Shown piece after piece: positions 24,958-34,815 of a stretch of 64,000 bases of DNA; position 1 is the stretch's first letter; the number at the start of each line of letters is the position of its first letter. The position numbers and the translations under genes are program-made. The notes beneath the pieces are model-generated. The model worked only from the letters and a program-made list of their open reading frames with translations, made no database searches and had not been told where the DNA came from. The DNA is from a virus. Where the stretch lies: IMG/VR virus record IMGVR_UViG_3300032285_004008; one strand, written 5' to 3'.

Positions 24958-25647
24958 TTATTCTTCATTAAGTCCAGTAGCGGCGTCCACTATATTTTTC
25001 ACAGTTGACGGATGCCACTTACGTCCATTTTGAGTAGGGATTCCATCAGAATTAAGGGCGTCTGCTATTTCGCGGTAGGACAGTCCTTTAAGTCTAGAGC
25101 TTATGATTCTATCTTTGACTTCTTCTGGAGTCTTGTTCTTTGGCCCCATATCCACACCCCAGACTACCCCTCTATCTCTGCGGTCCTTGTGCACATCCTT
25201 CTGACGAGCAGCGATGATTCCTCGCTCCATCTCTGCCAAAGCACTCATCACAGTAACTACGAATCGTCCTTGGTACGTGCTAGTGTCAAGATTCAAGTCC
25301 AACATAATCAATCGCCAACCACCCTTGTTAGCGCGGTCAACAATATCCAAGAAGTCAGTTGTACTTCTGGCAAGTCGATCGATTCTAGTAACAATAAGGG
25401 CGTCTGCTTCTTTTTGCTCAAGCGTCTTCAAAGCAGCTGTCAAAGCAGGGCGTCCAGTAATACTCTTTCCAGAACGACCCTCCTCGCGCACCATCTCCCA
25501 TTCAGTGAACCCGTGGAACTCGGCAGCATTAACTAGCTGGCGTTCCTGAACATCCAACGAAACACCTTCATTAACCTGCATTGATGTACTTACTCGAGCA
25601 TAGAGAAGAGCTTTGCCAGGATTTATTTCTTCATTCATAGGAGCCAA
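24958..25647 (-). CDS. Serine recombinase (resolvase domain plus short recombinase domain)
   Basis: YARVST catalytic Ser, SGK...RP, RIDRLARS, AEMER. Confidence 0.9.
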   Translation of the reverse strand: MAPMNEEINPGKALLYARVSTSMQVNEGVSLDVQERQLVNAAEFHGFTEWEMVREEGRSGKSITGRPALTAALKTLEQKEADALIVTRIDRLARSTTDFLDIVDRANKGGWRLIMLDLNLDTSTYQGRFVVTVMSALAEMERGIIAARQKDVHKDRRDRGVVWGVDMGPKNKTPEEVKDRIISSRLKGLSYREIADALNSDGIPTQNGRKWHPSTVKNIVDAATGLNEE

Positions 25648-26378
25648 GATTCTGTGATGATAGTTGTACTTAGTTTACTTTTAGTAGGGAACTTAAGATC
25701 TTCCAACCACGTGTATCCATCCGATGCTGCTACCAAGGCATTAGTTTCTGTTTTATAGTTCAGACTATTGCTATCAATCGCCAGCACACAATGGGTGAAT
25801 ACCTCTTCAATATTTCTGTACTGCCTAGCTATATCTTCTAGACCATCTCCACCAGTTATATTCGCAAGTAAAATGCCATAAGGATTTAGCAGCTTTGATA
25901 GCTCAGAATAGAACCCCACTGTTGTTAGAGATTCTGGAGTACTAATCCCCATATAGATGTCAGCAATGATTAAATCAAAACTATTCGGTGGAAGAGCTCT
26001 AACAATACTTTTAGCATCGCCATATATGATTTCAGCAGGAGTCTTTAGAGGAGCAACTTCTTCTACAAGATCTACTATTTCTTTCTCAAGCTCAACAATA
26101 ACTTGCAGAGCATCAGGATACTTAGCACCTATATACCTAACTATACTCATAGCACCAGCACCTAGGTGTAGTACGGAAAGATCCTCGCTGCTAGGGAAAT
26201 AGTGGTCAATCATATCCCCTAGACGTCTAACGTAGTCCAGATTAAGAATGCTCGGATCTTCAGGCACAACGTTAGATTGCGTTACCCCGTCCACAATCAA
26301 ATCAAATCCCCCATAAAACTCAGACTTAGCCATCTTTGCAGATAGACCACTGATACTTAGATTTATAGGGGCGTCCAT
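25635..26378 (-). CDS. Spermidine synthase-like SAM-dependent transferase
   Basis: VDGVTQS, LHLGAGA, VELE, GDA, DLIIADIY. Confidence 0.8.
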   Translation of the reverse strand: MDAPINLSISGLSAKMAKSEFYGGFDLIVDGVTQSNVVPEDPSILNLDYVRRLGDMIDHYFPSSEDLSVLHLGAGAMSIVRYIGAKYPDALQVIVELEKEIVDLVEEVAPLKTPAEIIYGDAKSIVRALPPNSFDLIIADIYMGISTPESLTTVGFYSELSKLLNPYGILLANITGGDGLEDIARQYRNIEEVFTHCVLAIDSNSLNYKTETNALVAASDGYTWLEDLKFPTKSKLSTTIITESWLL

Positions 26379-26599
26379 TACTTTCTACTATCTAAGAAAG
26401 CAAGAAGGTCATTAGAGGTGAAGTGGTCACGAGTAACACCAATTCCCGCCTCCAGTTCCATATAAGAGGTATTATCCTTTACCCAATCGCGAATAGCCTT
26501 ACGCTCCTCGGCTGCACCGGCAAGTTCCCCATCCTTCTTCCCAGTATTGTATCCGTCATCATAAAGCCAGCTCTCTGAGCTTGAATTGTGTGGCATCAT
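26378..26599 (-). CDS. Hypothetical protein
   Basis: AAGGAGG RBS, coupled to the next gene. Confidence 0.65.
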   Translation of the reverse strand: MMPHNSSSESWLYDDGYNTGKKDGELAGAAEERKAIRDWVKDNTSYMELEAGIGVTRDHFTSNDLLAFLDSRK

Positions 26600-26697
26600 C
26601 CCTCCTTAGGGGCGTTTACTACTAACTATTCTATCGGTTGCGGCGTCTATTATTTTGATGTAAGATATAGACAAATAACCCCCATATAAGGAGTATC

Positions 26698-26994
26698 ATG
26701 AAAATTCGCTCAGAAGCAGGCAAGCTACGTGGAGTTCGCGTAATGGCTGATCCAGAGGGGATCCTACTGGACCCATTCTTGGATATGGATGGCATCACTA
26801 CTTTTGGTTATCTATTGATTCCTCACGAAGGATCTCCAGCTGTATATGACGGTCGCGACTGGCACCCAGTCTATGATGGCGATGACCTAGACCTACACGA
26901 CCTAGCAGCAAAGCAGTATGCAGATATTAAGACTGCTATCGAAAATGGAAACTCTAGCTACGCTCAGCTAGCTGCACTACTTCAAAGTGCCTAA
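26698..26994 (+). CDS. Hypothetical protein
   Basis: AAGGAG RBS, TAAGAT -10 upstream. Confidence 0.7.
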   Translation: MKIRSEAGKLRGVRVMADPEGILLDPFLDMDGITTFGYLLIPHEGSPAVYDGRDWHPVYDGDDLDLHDLAAKQYADIKTAIENGNSSYAQLAALLQSA

Positions 26995-26997
26995 TAA

Positions 26998-28203
26998 ATG
27001 GAGATTATTGACCACGGTCATGACATTATCGAATACCGTAATGCCATAACCAACCCCTATGCTCTCATAGCCGATATTGAAGAGCTTGATAGTGATAGGG
27101 GCGTCTATCAAGTTTTACCTAAATTTACCGAGTGGAAAGAGGGCTATACCCAACCAGACGGGGTATGGCGAGCTGTAAACGTCAAAGGGCGTAACAAGGT
27201 ATTTAGGTGGAACGAGAGTCTACAAGTATCAGATAAGTCAGCTAGAGAATTAGCTTCTGAAAAAGTAATCGACCCGATAGTCAACCCCATTATAAAATGC
27301 TCCAATGATTATGCTGAAAAAGTAGGGATACCTCTACCAAATACTGTCAGCAAGAACGTTGATCTTAGGGTATATGCCACTGGAGAGAATCTAGGTGTTC
27401 ATGAAGACACCAATCACGGGGAGCCAGCTACAACCCACAGCCTAGTTATATATCTAAATGATGATTATGAAGGCGGAGAAATAAATTTTCCGAATATAGG
27501 ACTCAAAATAAAGCCACAGGCAGGCTCTATAGTTGCATTCCCAGCAACCACTCCCCACGAATCTATGAAGGTTACAAAAGGGGAAAAGTGGCACAGCCCA
27601 TACTTTTGGTACAGCAGCATCGGATTGATAACCTCAGGCAAAGAGGCACCCAGTATCGACAGATTCAGACCAACAACAAACATTGCTTTAATCGGCTTTG
27701 GACTAGTTGGTAGGGAAGTCTATAGACAGCTAACTAATCACCCAGACTATGAAAGTAAATTTATAGTCTCCCGCATTCAGGTTCTTAATTCAGATATTGA
27801 TAGGGGCGTCCAGCATAACGGGGTAATTATTACTAATGATTTAGCCTCCCTCCAAGAGACAGATATCTACAATACAGTCATTGACTGCTCTGAATACACA
27901 CCTCAATCTAAAGATCTAATAACTAACTTGCTAAAAAGAAAGATAAATCTACATACCTGCAGCAAAGGGTTGGTTGAAGAAAACTGGCAAGAGCTGGTAG
28001 AGCTAGCCAAAGCATCAGGATCAACTATCACTTTTAATTCGATTCCGGCGAGCGCCACTTTAGAGAAATATAAGGGCATAGACCTAACAGACAAGAACTT
28101 TTCTGAACACAATAGTCCCGATCTGTATATCTTTAGAGGAGCCGGACCTAAGGAAACTGCATCTTACATAGTTAATGATGTACTCAACCAGGCAACAATA
28201 TGA
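26998..28203 (+). CDS. P4H-like 2OG-Fe(II) oxygenase (#4) fused to a homoserine-dehydrogenase-like Rossmann domain
   Basis: HED..YLNDDYEGGEINF..HES; then IALIGFGLVG..GAGPKETASYIVND. Confidence 0.8.
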   Translation: MEIIDHGHDIIEYRNAITNPYALIADIEELDSDRGVYQVLPKFTEWKEGYTQPDGVWRAVNVKGRNKVFRWNESLQVSDKSARELASEKVIDPIVNPIIKCSNDYAEKVGIPLPNTVSKNVDLRVYATGENLGVHEDTNHGEPATTHSLVIYLNDDYEGGEINFPNIGLKIKPQAGSIVAFPATTPHESMKVTKGEKWHSPYFWYSSIGLITSGKEAPSIDRFRPTTNIALIGFGLVGREVYRQLTNHPDYESKFIVSRIQVLNSDIDRGVQHNGVIITNDLASLQETDIYNTVIDCSEYTPQSKDLITNLLKRKINLHTCSKGLVEENWQELVELAKASGSTITFNSIPASATLEKYKGIDLTDKNFSEHNSPDLYIFRGAGPKETASYIVNDVLNQATI

Positions 28204-28853
28204 TTAACCAGCTAGCTACATATAAATCAGGAACCCTAGAGGCAGTTGAACTATACAAGGGTATCTATCAAATTGACAATGCTCTGCAGCCAGAAGATAT
28301 TCTCTATTTAAGGACATTAGCTGAAGGATTGCCACAAGATAGTTGGAAAGAGCGAAATCATGAAGTTTTGCATTCCCAGGCGGTGGAGCTCTACGGTGAA
28401 GAGGCAGAAGAGGATATCGCTGCATACATCGAACGAAACCACTCCGCCTACTGGGATGACAAGATAATAAAGATTCCAGATACTGCTTTTAATGACAAAA
28501 TCAATCAGCGTCTAGCTCCCTTCTTCGAGGGGCTATATGATCTGGCGTATCTAGAAGAGGTACAGCGTCAGTATGAGGGTGTTGGTCTAGACGAGCACGT
28601 TGACGCTGAATATGACTCAAGAATCAAGTTCGCTGTAGTTATGTATATAAATGATGACTTTACTGGTGGAGAGTTATATTTCCCACTTAAAGGCATTGAA
28701 ATCAAACCAAAGGCTGGATCCTGCCTAATCTTTGATACAGGCAAAGAATTTCTCCACGGGGTGCGTAAAGTTGGTCCTGGACCAGGAAGATACGCTATGG
28801 CAGGTTTCGCCTGGGAATATGGCACTGGAGAAGGCTGGATAGCCTCGCATTAA
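28200..28853 (+). CDS. 2OG-Fe(II) oxygenase, P4H-like (#5)
   Basis: HVD..YINDDFTGGELYF..HGV..RY. Confidence 0.9.
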   Translation: MINQLATYKSGTLEAVELYKGIYQIDNALQPEDILYLRTLAEGLPQDSWKERNHEVLHSQAVELYGEEAEEDIAAYIERNHSAYWDDKIIKIPDTAFNDKINQRLAPFFEGLYDLAYLEEVQRQYEGVGLDEHVDAEYDSRIKFAVVMYINDDFTGGELYFPLKGIEIKPKAGSCLIFDTGKEFLHGVRKVGPGPGRYAMAGFAWEYGTGEGWIASH

Positions 28854-28935
28854 CGTACAAACTTAATCCTAAGTTTATACACTTAGTTCAAAATATAGCA
28901 TATTCTGAATGTTCGAACAGCTGTTCGATAACGGG

Positions 28936-29235
28936 CTAGATCCCGCATTCTGTAAGGCATTCGATACGAGTTACCTCAGAAGTACGTCTATTGGTGAAAG
29001 TATTATCCTCAGTAGCGATGTCAGAGGTCCAGATGAACATAGGACCGCCTACCTCAGCTACAACAGTTAGAAAGGGGAACCACTCACGGTCTTTACGCAT
29101 TTCGGCAGCATCTTTGCCAGGATTACGTTTTGCACGTTTAGTGTCATAGTCAATTAGGTAGGAGCTATTCTCGGTAGATACCTTGAACATTCCGCTGGTA
29201 ACCCCAGCTAGGTTTGATTGATTACTCGAGCTCAT
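28936..29235 (-). CDS. Hypothetical protein
   Basis: 99-aa ORF in a coupled operon. Confidence 0.6.
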   Translation of the reverse strand: MSSSNQSNLAGVTSGMFKVSTENSSYLIDYDTKRAKRNPGKDAAEMRKDREWFPFLTVVAEVGGPMFIWTSDIATEDNTFTNRRTSEVTRIECLTECGI

Positions 29236-29506
29236 TATCTAATTCTACCGCTTCTACGCAGCAGCCATCACAGCCATGAACACCACGGCCCCCATACTCA
29301 AGCCCAATTTCATCTGGATCTGGGTGCCCAACTCCGTGCTTACAGATACGCTCCATAAGACCTTTATCTTCACGCCACTTCTGAGGAGCATTTTTTAGTG
29401 GATGATCAGACCAGTTGTGTATCGAACAGTACTCCTTGAGGCACGTCCCAGCATCATGGATATTGGTCAGCCTCTGATTGAAGCTAGTTGTATAGGTCTC
29501 AGACAT
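29222..29506 (-). CDS. Cys/His-rich actinophage protein
   Basis: CSIHN..H..MERICKHGVGHPDPD..HGCDGCC. Confidence 0.75.
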   Translation of the reverse strand: MSETYTTSFNQRLTNIHDAGTCLKEYCSIHNWSDHPLKNAPQKWREDKGLMERICKHGVGHPDPDEIGLEYGGRGVHGCDGCCVEAVELDNELE

Positions 29507-29681
29507 GTTTCATATCCTTTATAGCCTGAATAATGAATCCAATATGCAGAGCATGCTCAGGATTGGTTCTTAGTAGAGCTTTGGCTTGCTTTTCTAGGGC
29601 TTCAATAATGTCTAGTCGCTCAAACTCACGACCATTCTTTAGAAACTCTAGATCTCTCTCAGTCAAAGAAGTGGTTGACAT
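29499..29681 (-). CDS. Hypothetical protein
   Basis: Start moved to MSTT (AAGGAG RBS). Confidence 0.55.
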   Translation of the reverse strand: MSTTSLTERDLEFLKNGREFERLDIIEALEKQAKALLRTNPEHALHIGFIIQAIKDMKHV

Positions 29682-30156
29682 AGCCCTCTCCTTCGCACTC
29701 TGAACACTCTTCGTCATACTCTTCTTCCTCCCCACTGCGATTACATACAGTGCATGGTAGGTAGGCACCAACCTGTACTGACTCAAAATGATCATCAGGA
29801 CCTTCCCATGGCTTAGTCATTACATACCAACCATAGCCTTCCCAGCAACCACAGCCCCCACCGCTAAACTCATAAAAGCCATTAGTTACCCTAGGATCTT
29901 CGCAGGTTCCATGATCAGTCCAAACAAGACGGGTATCTATAGCTTTAACCTTTTCTAGGTTTTCTTCAGAGGTTTCCAGGTACTCGTGAGGACCATACTC
30001 TTTTAACCAACTATTGAATTCTTCTTGTAGCTCATCAGCAGTTGGGTTATCTGCATAGTAGTCAGGGGCTTCTTCTACATCTAGCTCAGCTAGTGCAGCA
30101 TTCTCCTCTAAATGATGACAGGAACCTACTTGGCAGTTAGGGCAATCTGGCTTCAT
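29659..30156 (-). CDS. Acidic Cys-rich protein (DnaJ-like CxxCxGxG end)
   Basis: CPNC, CTVC, CSECEGEG. Confidence 0.65.
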   Translation of the reverse strand: MKPDCPNCQVGSCHHLEENAALAELDVEEAPDYYADNPTADELQEEFNSWLKEYGPHEYLETSEENLEKVKAIDTRLVWTDHGTCEDPRVTNGFYEFSGGGCGCWEGYGWYVMTKPWEGPDDHFESVQVGAYLPCTVCNRSGEEEEYDEECSECEGEGYVNHFFD

Positions 30157-30393
30157 CTACTTATCTTTCTTTTTCTTGATAATAGGATCGATATCTTGAA
30201 TAGCTCGATCGTACTCAATTCCACCGTACACATCTACAAACTGATACATCCACTCCATACCAGTAGTGGCATGCGAAACAAGATCTAAGACATGACACTT
30301 TTCAGAACCAAAGTCACGCTCAAGAGTATTTTTCATCACTGTAGAGATAATCTTGACAAACTCTTCAGGAGTTAGGTACTTATCCATTTTCAT
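30157..30393 (-). CDS. Hypothetical protein
   Basis: ORF within the operon. Confidence 0.6.
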   Translation of the reverse strand: MKMDKYLTPEEFVKIISTVMKNTLERDFGSEKCHVLDLVSHATTGMEWMYQFVDVYGGIEYDRAIQDIDPIIKKKKDK

Positions 30394-30395
30394 CC

Positions 30396-30872
30396 TTAAT
30401 TAACGTGTGTAACCCAATAGTAGTTGCACTTCTCACAGCAGGGCTGGTTATTGCTATCAACTACTGCTGACTTAAAATCATAGTAGTAAGCATCATCTTT
30501 TCGATACAGGTTGGCTCGGTGAGTCGTAGTGACACGGCTCATAATCTCATGATTACCAAACCACTCAGGAAGTCCACTACCCCAGTTAGCAATAGTTGCT
30601 ACACGAAGAGCCATAAGATTCTCTTTGTTCTTGTCAGTCTTGATGCCACGTCGATCTGCCTCAGCAACCATAGCCATGGTGTATTCAAATAAAGCATTTT
30701 CATACCCACGCCACATCTTGACAGCTGGGTGGTTGCGCCATCCAGCCTTAGGATCTGGGTTATTTAGAACCTTGAGGATCTGGTAGCACTCAAGAATCTG
30801 CTTGTTGAGGCGCTTCGAGTCCAGCACGCTAGCTGTCTTATCAAAGTCGTTATACGGTAGGAATGTTTGCAT
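30396..30872 (-). CDS. Pyrimidine-dimer DNA glycosylase-like protein (MSMEG_6728 family)
   Basis: MQTFLPY..LDSKRLNKQILECYQI..GWRNHPAVKMWRGYE..HRANL. Confidence 0.85.
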   Translation of the reverse strand: MQTFLPYNDFDKTASVLDSKRLNKQILECYQILKVLNNPDPKAGWRNHPAVKMWRGYENALFEYTMAMVAEADRRGIKTDKNKENLMALRVATIANWGSGLPEWFGNHEIMSRVTTTHRANLYRKDDAYYYDFKSAVVDSNNQPCCEKCNYYWVTHVN

Positions 30873-30993
30873 TAGCTTCTTTCTTTGCTAGATACTGACC
30901 ATATTGCATTCCTGCAATAAATCCTTTATAGGCTGCTTCGTTCTCACGACGTAGTAGGTACCAACTAATTTTAGTTTTAATTTTCTTAAGCAT
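30850..30993 (-). CDS. 47-aa hypothetical protein absent from the ORF track
   Basis: MLKKIKTKISWYLLRRENEAAYKGF..; ATG overlaps the subtilase stop codon. Confidence 0.5.
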   Translation of the reverse strand: MLKKIKTKISWYLLRRENEAAYKGFIAGMQYGQYLAKKEANANIPTV

Positions 30994-32168
30994 TATTTAA
31001 CTCTCACGGTTAGGCTAGGTTGTCCAGTGCCCAATGAGCCAACAGCACTAACTCGATAATAACCAGCTACTGCAACATCTGCAAATACATCTAAAGTTTT
31101 AGTGGTACTTACCACAACCCATGTACTTCCGGTGGCGCTACTTTCAATCATGTAGCCAATGATTCCAGAGGTAGGAGCATTTGCTGGTGCAGACCAAGAT
31201 AGCTTGTAACCCGTTCCGCTCTTAGTTGCAGATACTACCGAGACCTTACCTGGAAGAGTAGTCCCGACTGTCTTAGGGGTTACTATAGCAGGGGCATTAG
31301 CAATCGGACCCAAGAATGAAGTATTAAGTAAATAGTTTCCATTCTTAGACTGAGCATCAACTACTACATCCCTGAGAGCCCCGGCACGTAGTGCGCTAGC
31401 AACCTCGGCTGGCTTGGCAGTCGGGTTCTTCTCTAAATATAGAGCAGCTACACCAACAACATGAGGAGTAGCCATAGATGTACCAGTCATTGTTTTATAT
31501 CCTGATGAATTTTGCCAGTCTTCCGAATCAATTAATCCACCTGGAGCAAAAATATCTACGCAGTCTCCGTATGCAGAAGTATTTGTACGCTGGTCATTTT
31601 TATTGATACCGGCAACAGTAAAAGCATTAGGAGCACCTGAAGGACTCCATTTACATGCATCTGTATTTGTATTTGATGCAGCTACTACTGGAAGAATTCC
31701 AGCATTATAAAGACGATCAATAGCGGCATCTACGGCCGGGCTTTTACCAACAGTAATGCTGATATTCACTACTGCAGGACCATTATTTATTGCAAGTACT
31801 TTATCTATACCAGCAATTAAATCTTTTGGATAAACTACACCATTACAATCCGCAACCCTAATCGAGACAATTTTAACCCCTCGAGCCACACCAAACTGAG
31901 AAGATCCAATAGTTCCGGCAACATGGGTACCGTGTCCATTGCAGTCAATATCACCAGAAGCACGTCCACCAAAACCCGGATCACTAATAGCAACTCCAGT
32001 ATCCAGAACATATGCAGTTACGCCAGCACCAGTGTAAGGAACAGAGTAGGAACCATCAATGGCACCATCTAAGCGGTCTAGCCCCCAAGAGGATACGGCA
32101 GCATAGGCAGGAACAGCAGTAAGCGTTAATGAAGCAACCAAGGCTCCAATAAGTAATTTATTCTTCAT
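30993..32168 (-). CDS. Secreted S8 subtilisin-like protease with a C-terminal FN3-like domain
   Basis: Signal peptide; LDTG, HGTHVAG, GTSMATPHV triad. Confidence 0.95.
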   Translation of the reverse strand: MKNKLLIGALVASLTLTAVPAYAAVSSWGLDRLDGAIDGSYSVPYTGAGVTAYVLDTGVAISDPGFGGRASGDIDCNGHGTHVAGTIGSSQFGVARGVKIVSIRVADCNGVVYPKDLIAGIDKVLAINNGPAVVNISITVGKSPAVDAAIDRLYNAGILPVVAASNTNTDACKWSPSGAPNAFTVAGINKNDQRTNTSAYGDCVDIFAPGGLIDSEDWQNSSGYKTMTGTSMATPHVVGVAALYLEKNPTAKPAEVASALRAGALRDVVVDAQSKNGNYLLNTSFLGPIANAPAIVTPKTVGTTLPGKVSVVSATKSGTGYKLSWSAPANAPTSGIIGYMIESSATGSTWVVVSTTKTLDVFADVAVAGYYRVSAVGSLGTGQPSLTVRVK

Positions 32169-32219
32169 GCCTAAACTATAGGCATATTTTTCTTAAATGT
32201 CAAGTTTTACTGCATTAAA

Positions 32220-33107
32220 CTAGTCAAGTAGCTGTTCTATGCAATATGGTAGGTCTTCTATATTTCCATCATTAAAAAGATACCTATCAAACGGGTACTT
32301 ATTCAAAGCAGTCTCAGAAATATGGTCATTTGCTGGACCAACGCTTTCACGAATAATACGCCAGACTTCCCCGCCATTTGAGTAAATAGCGTCAGCCTCA
32401 TTAGGGAATCTGACGTCAGCAAATACTACCTTTTCACCGTCTGGAATTGCTGCAATTGCTGCATCAACCCAAAAATTTTCTCCCCACATCTCTCGTCCAA
32501 CTTCGGTCCCCATGCGCTGCATAAGGCTACGAATATCAGGACTTTGAGTTTTTAACTCCTCCCACCCCATGAGATCAACTGCCGTAGCAAGATGCATGCT
32601 GTAGCCATTTAGATCTACGGTGGGATTCAGTCTGTATAAGGCACCACGCATTTGATCTGCAAAAGACACTTTAGTGTAACCATGCGCAGCAACCAAATAG
32701 TTTGCAACAGTATCCTTACCGCTACGTGCCCAGCCAGACAAGCCAATCATTCTAATTCGGGGAATCAATTCTCCGTTTTTTAATACCATCAAAGGAAGTC
32801 CAAGTGCTTTAGCTACTGTTACTTCAAGAGTAGCTCCTTTAGATTTCTCCCACCCAGGGAGCAAGCAAAGCATGTCTACGTCCATAACATGAGGCAAGTC
32901 ACGCTTCATATAATATGACCAAAGGTTATTAGGGGATTCTGGAGTACCAGCTGACTGTAGTGCTTCTTGAACAGTTGCTCCATCATTGTGTGCTGGATTT
33001 ATTACGTCATATCCTAGCTTTTCAAGCTCACGCTCTGCTTCAAAAAATGCTGGAAAATTGAAATCCTCCATGCCACTCATAGGGCCAGCGATATACACCT
33101 TAGTCAT
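32220..33107 (-). CDS. DUF4406 (deoxyribosyltransferase-like) fused to a dNMP kinase
   Basis: VYIAGPMSG..NFPAF..WEKSKGATLE; IGLSGWARSGKDT..DVRFPNE..HISE. Confidence 0.85.
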   Translation of the reverse strand: MTKVYIAGPMSGMEDFNFPAFFEAERELEKLGYDVINPAHNDGATVQEALQSAGTPESPNNLWSYYMKRDLPHVMDVDMLCLLPGWEKSKGATLEVTVAKALGLPLMVLKNGELIPRIRMIGLSGWARSGKDTVANYLVAAHGYTKVSFADQMRGALYRLNPTVDLNGYSMHLATAVDLMGWEELKTQSPDIRSLMQRMGTEVGREMWGENFWVDAAIAAIPDGEKVVFADVRFPNEADAIYSNGGEVWRIIRESVGPANDHISETALNKYPFDRYLFNDGNIEDLPYCIEQLLD

Positions 33108-33133
33108 TGGATTCCTTTAGTTATATAGATATT

Positions 33134-33769
33134 TTAAGACCAGTTAGGTACTAGATCTATAAAATAGTTTGTAGTGTGTTTTGTAGTTAAAGTGATGTTG
33201 TATCTAGGAACATCTCCCTTAACAGGCTTTACCTCATGAGTATAGTCGGCATTTCCAGAAAAGACTACAAGTGAATTCGAGTTAGGTTTAAATAAAATAT
33301 CTTTATTTTTAAAATATAGCTCCCCACCCTCGTAGTCGTCATTGATATAAAAGTTAATAGCACTTTTTATGTCAGAATTATTTTCATCATCTCGATGCTC
33401 CCCCAGATATCCACCAGCCGTATATCTTTTAACGACTCCCATGTATCCTTTAGGTGTCATATTAGGGAATCCATAAAAATTTAATTTTTCGCTTATGGAT
33501 TTAAAAAATTCAGATTCTTTTAGCGGAACAGCCACTATTGAAGATTTTGCCTTAGTAGTATTTTTTACAGAAGTATCTATAAAATAATCCTGCCTAATTT
33601 TATCTGTTGGCCACATATCTTCTGCAAGTATTTTAAAAAATTCTTTAGTAGACCTATCCCAGTCTATCTTTGAAAAATCATCATTTAGATATGAAAAAAG
33701 AGCGCTAATCTCGAAATTAGTTAGAAAATTTTCGTAAACAAAAATTCCGGGATAGCGCTCTTCAAACAA
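33134..33769 (-). CDS. 2OG-Fe(II) oxygenase, P4H-like (#6)
   Basis: HRD..YINDDYEGGELYF..HEV..RY; AT-rich gene. Confidence 0.85.
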   Translation of the reverse strand: MFEERYPGIFVYENFLTNFEISALFSYLNDDFSKIDWDRSTKEFFKILAEDMWPTDKIRQDYFIDTSVKNTTKAKSSIVAVPLKESEFFKSISEKLNFYGFPNMTPKGYMGVVKRYTAGGYLGEHRDDENNSDIKSAINFYINDDYEGGELYFKNKDILFKPNSNSLVVFSGNADYTHEVKPVKGDVPRYNITLTTKHTTNYFIDLVPNWS

Positions 33770-33778
33770 AATATATGT

Positions 33779-34021
33779 CTACTTTGATTCTTCAGACTCT
33801 ACTACTGGAGCTGCAGTAGCCCACTGAGCCAAAACTACATAATCCAAGCTGTAGCATGTAGAGATAGTAGAGTTATTTTCTCCACCCTGAATAATTGTAA
33901 TAGTCTTATCGCTAATATGGCTAACTACACCGCGGTGTTGTGTAGAAGCCTCTCCTGGAACAGCGATCTTTAAAACTACAACAGAATTCAAGATTCCATC
34001 TGGAAAAATATTATTTGACAT
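33779..34021 (-). CDS. Hypothetical protein
   Basis: AGGAG RBS. Confidence 0.6.
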   Translation of the reverse strand: MSNNIFPDGILNSVVVLKIAVPGEASTQHRGVVSHISDKTITIIQGGENNSTISTCYSLDYVVLAQWATAAPVVESEESK

Positions 34022-34040
34022 TTTATCTCCTAATTGTTAA

Positions 34041-34589
34041 TTAAATTGTAGCTCCACCGATTTCTCGGTTACAAGCAGTTAGTTCACCAGTCTGAAGTGC
34101 ATCAAGAACTCGCAAAGCCTCCTGAGCATTACGACCAGTATCTAGACCATTAACAGTGACATGCTGAATAATATTTTCTGGGTCAACTAAGAATGTTGCA
34201 CGAAGTGCAACACCAGACTCATGACGAACACCAAGCTGATCAACTAAAGACCCATTCCAGCTATCAATGCGAGTATCAGCAAACATAATACTGGTCAGCT
34301 TAGCTAGATCTGGGTGAGCTTCCTTCCAAGCAAGCTTGCAGAACTCATTATCGGTTGAACCAGACATGAGAACTGCACCACGAGCTTCGAACTCAGCGTT
34401 TAGCTTGTCATACTCGATAATCTCGGTAGGGCAAACAAAAGTAAAGTCCTTAGGGTAGAAAACGATAACCTTCCACTTGCCAGGAAACGACTTTTCAGTA
34501 ATTTCCTCGAAGTAGGTTCCATCGTGAAGGACGTATGGATATACCCCAACAACTTTAAATTCGCCTAGTTTATCTCCAACAGTAAGCAT
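34041..34589 (-). CDS. ahpC: Peroxiredoxin, AhpC type
   Basis: FYPKDFTFVCPTE; start MLTVGD at 34589. Confidence 0.95.
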   Translation of the reverse strand: MLTVGDKLGEFKVVGVYPYVLHDGTYFEEITEKSFPGKWKVIVFYPKDFTFVCPTEIIEYDKLNAEFEARGAVLMSGSTDNEFCKLAWKEAHPDLAKLTSIMFADTRIDSWNGSLVDQLGVRHESGVALRATFLVDPENIIQHVTVNGLDTGRNAQEALRVLDALQTGELTACNREIGGATI

Positions 34590-34810
34590 TATGCTCTTAC
34601 TCCGATCTTTTCTATGACCGCGTCGGCGATCGTTTCCGCATGCTGGATAGTCTGATCTTTGATAGAAATATTCCATCCACCAACTACCTCCGGTTCAATG
34701 TTTGCATAGTTTCCATTAAGTTTTGTTGAAACAATGTCTGCAACTAGTGGAGCTATGTTCTCCGCAGACATTGGGCTAGAATAATCAATTCCACCAACTT
34801 TAGTCATCAT
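34589..34810 (-). CDS. Hypothetical protein
   Basis: Coupled to ahpC. Confidence 0.6.
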   Translation of the reverse strand: MMTKVGGIDYSSPMSAENIAPLVADIVSTKLNGNYANIEPEVVGGWNISIKDQTIQHAETIADAVIEKIGVRA

Positions 34811-34815
34811 TTGTC

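Noticed and set aside
24958-25647. Integrase/prophage boundary or IS607 element
   Set aside because: Too short for a large serine integrase, no N-terminal HTH or tnpB, and phage-like genes on both sides
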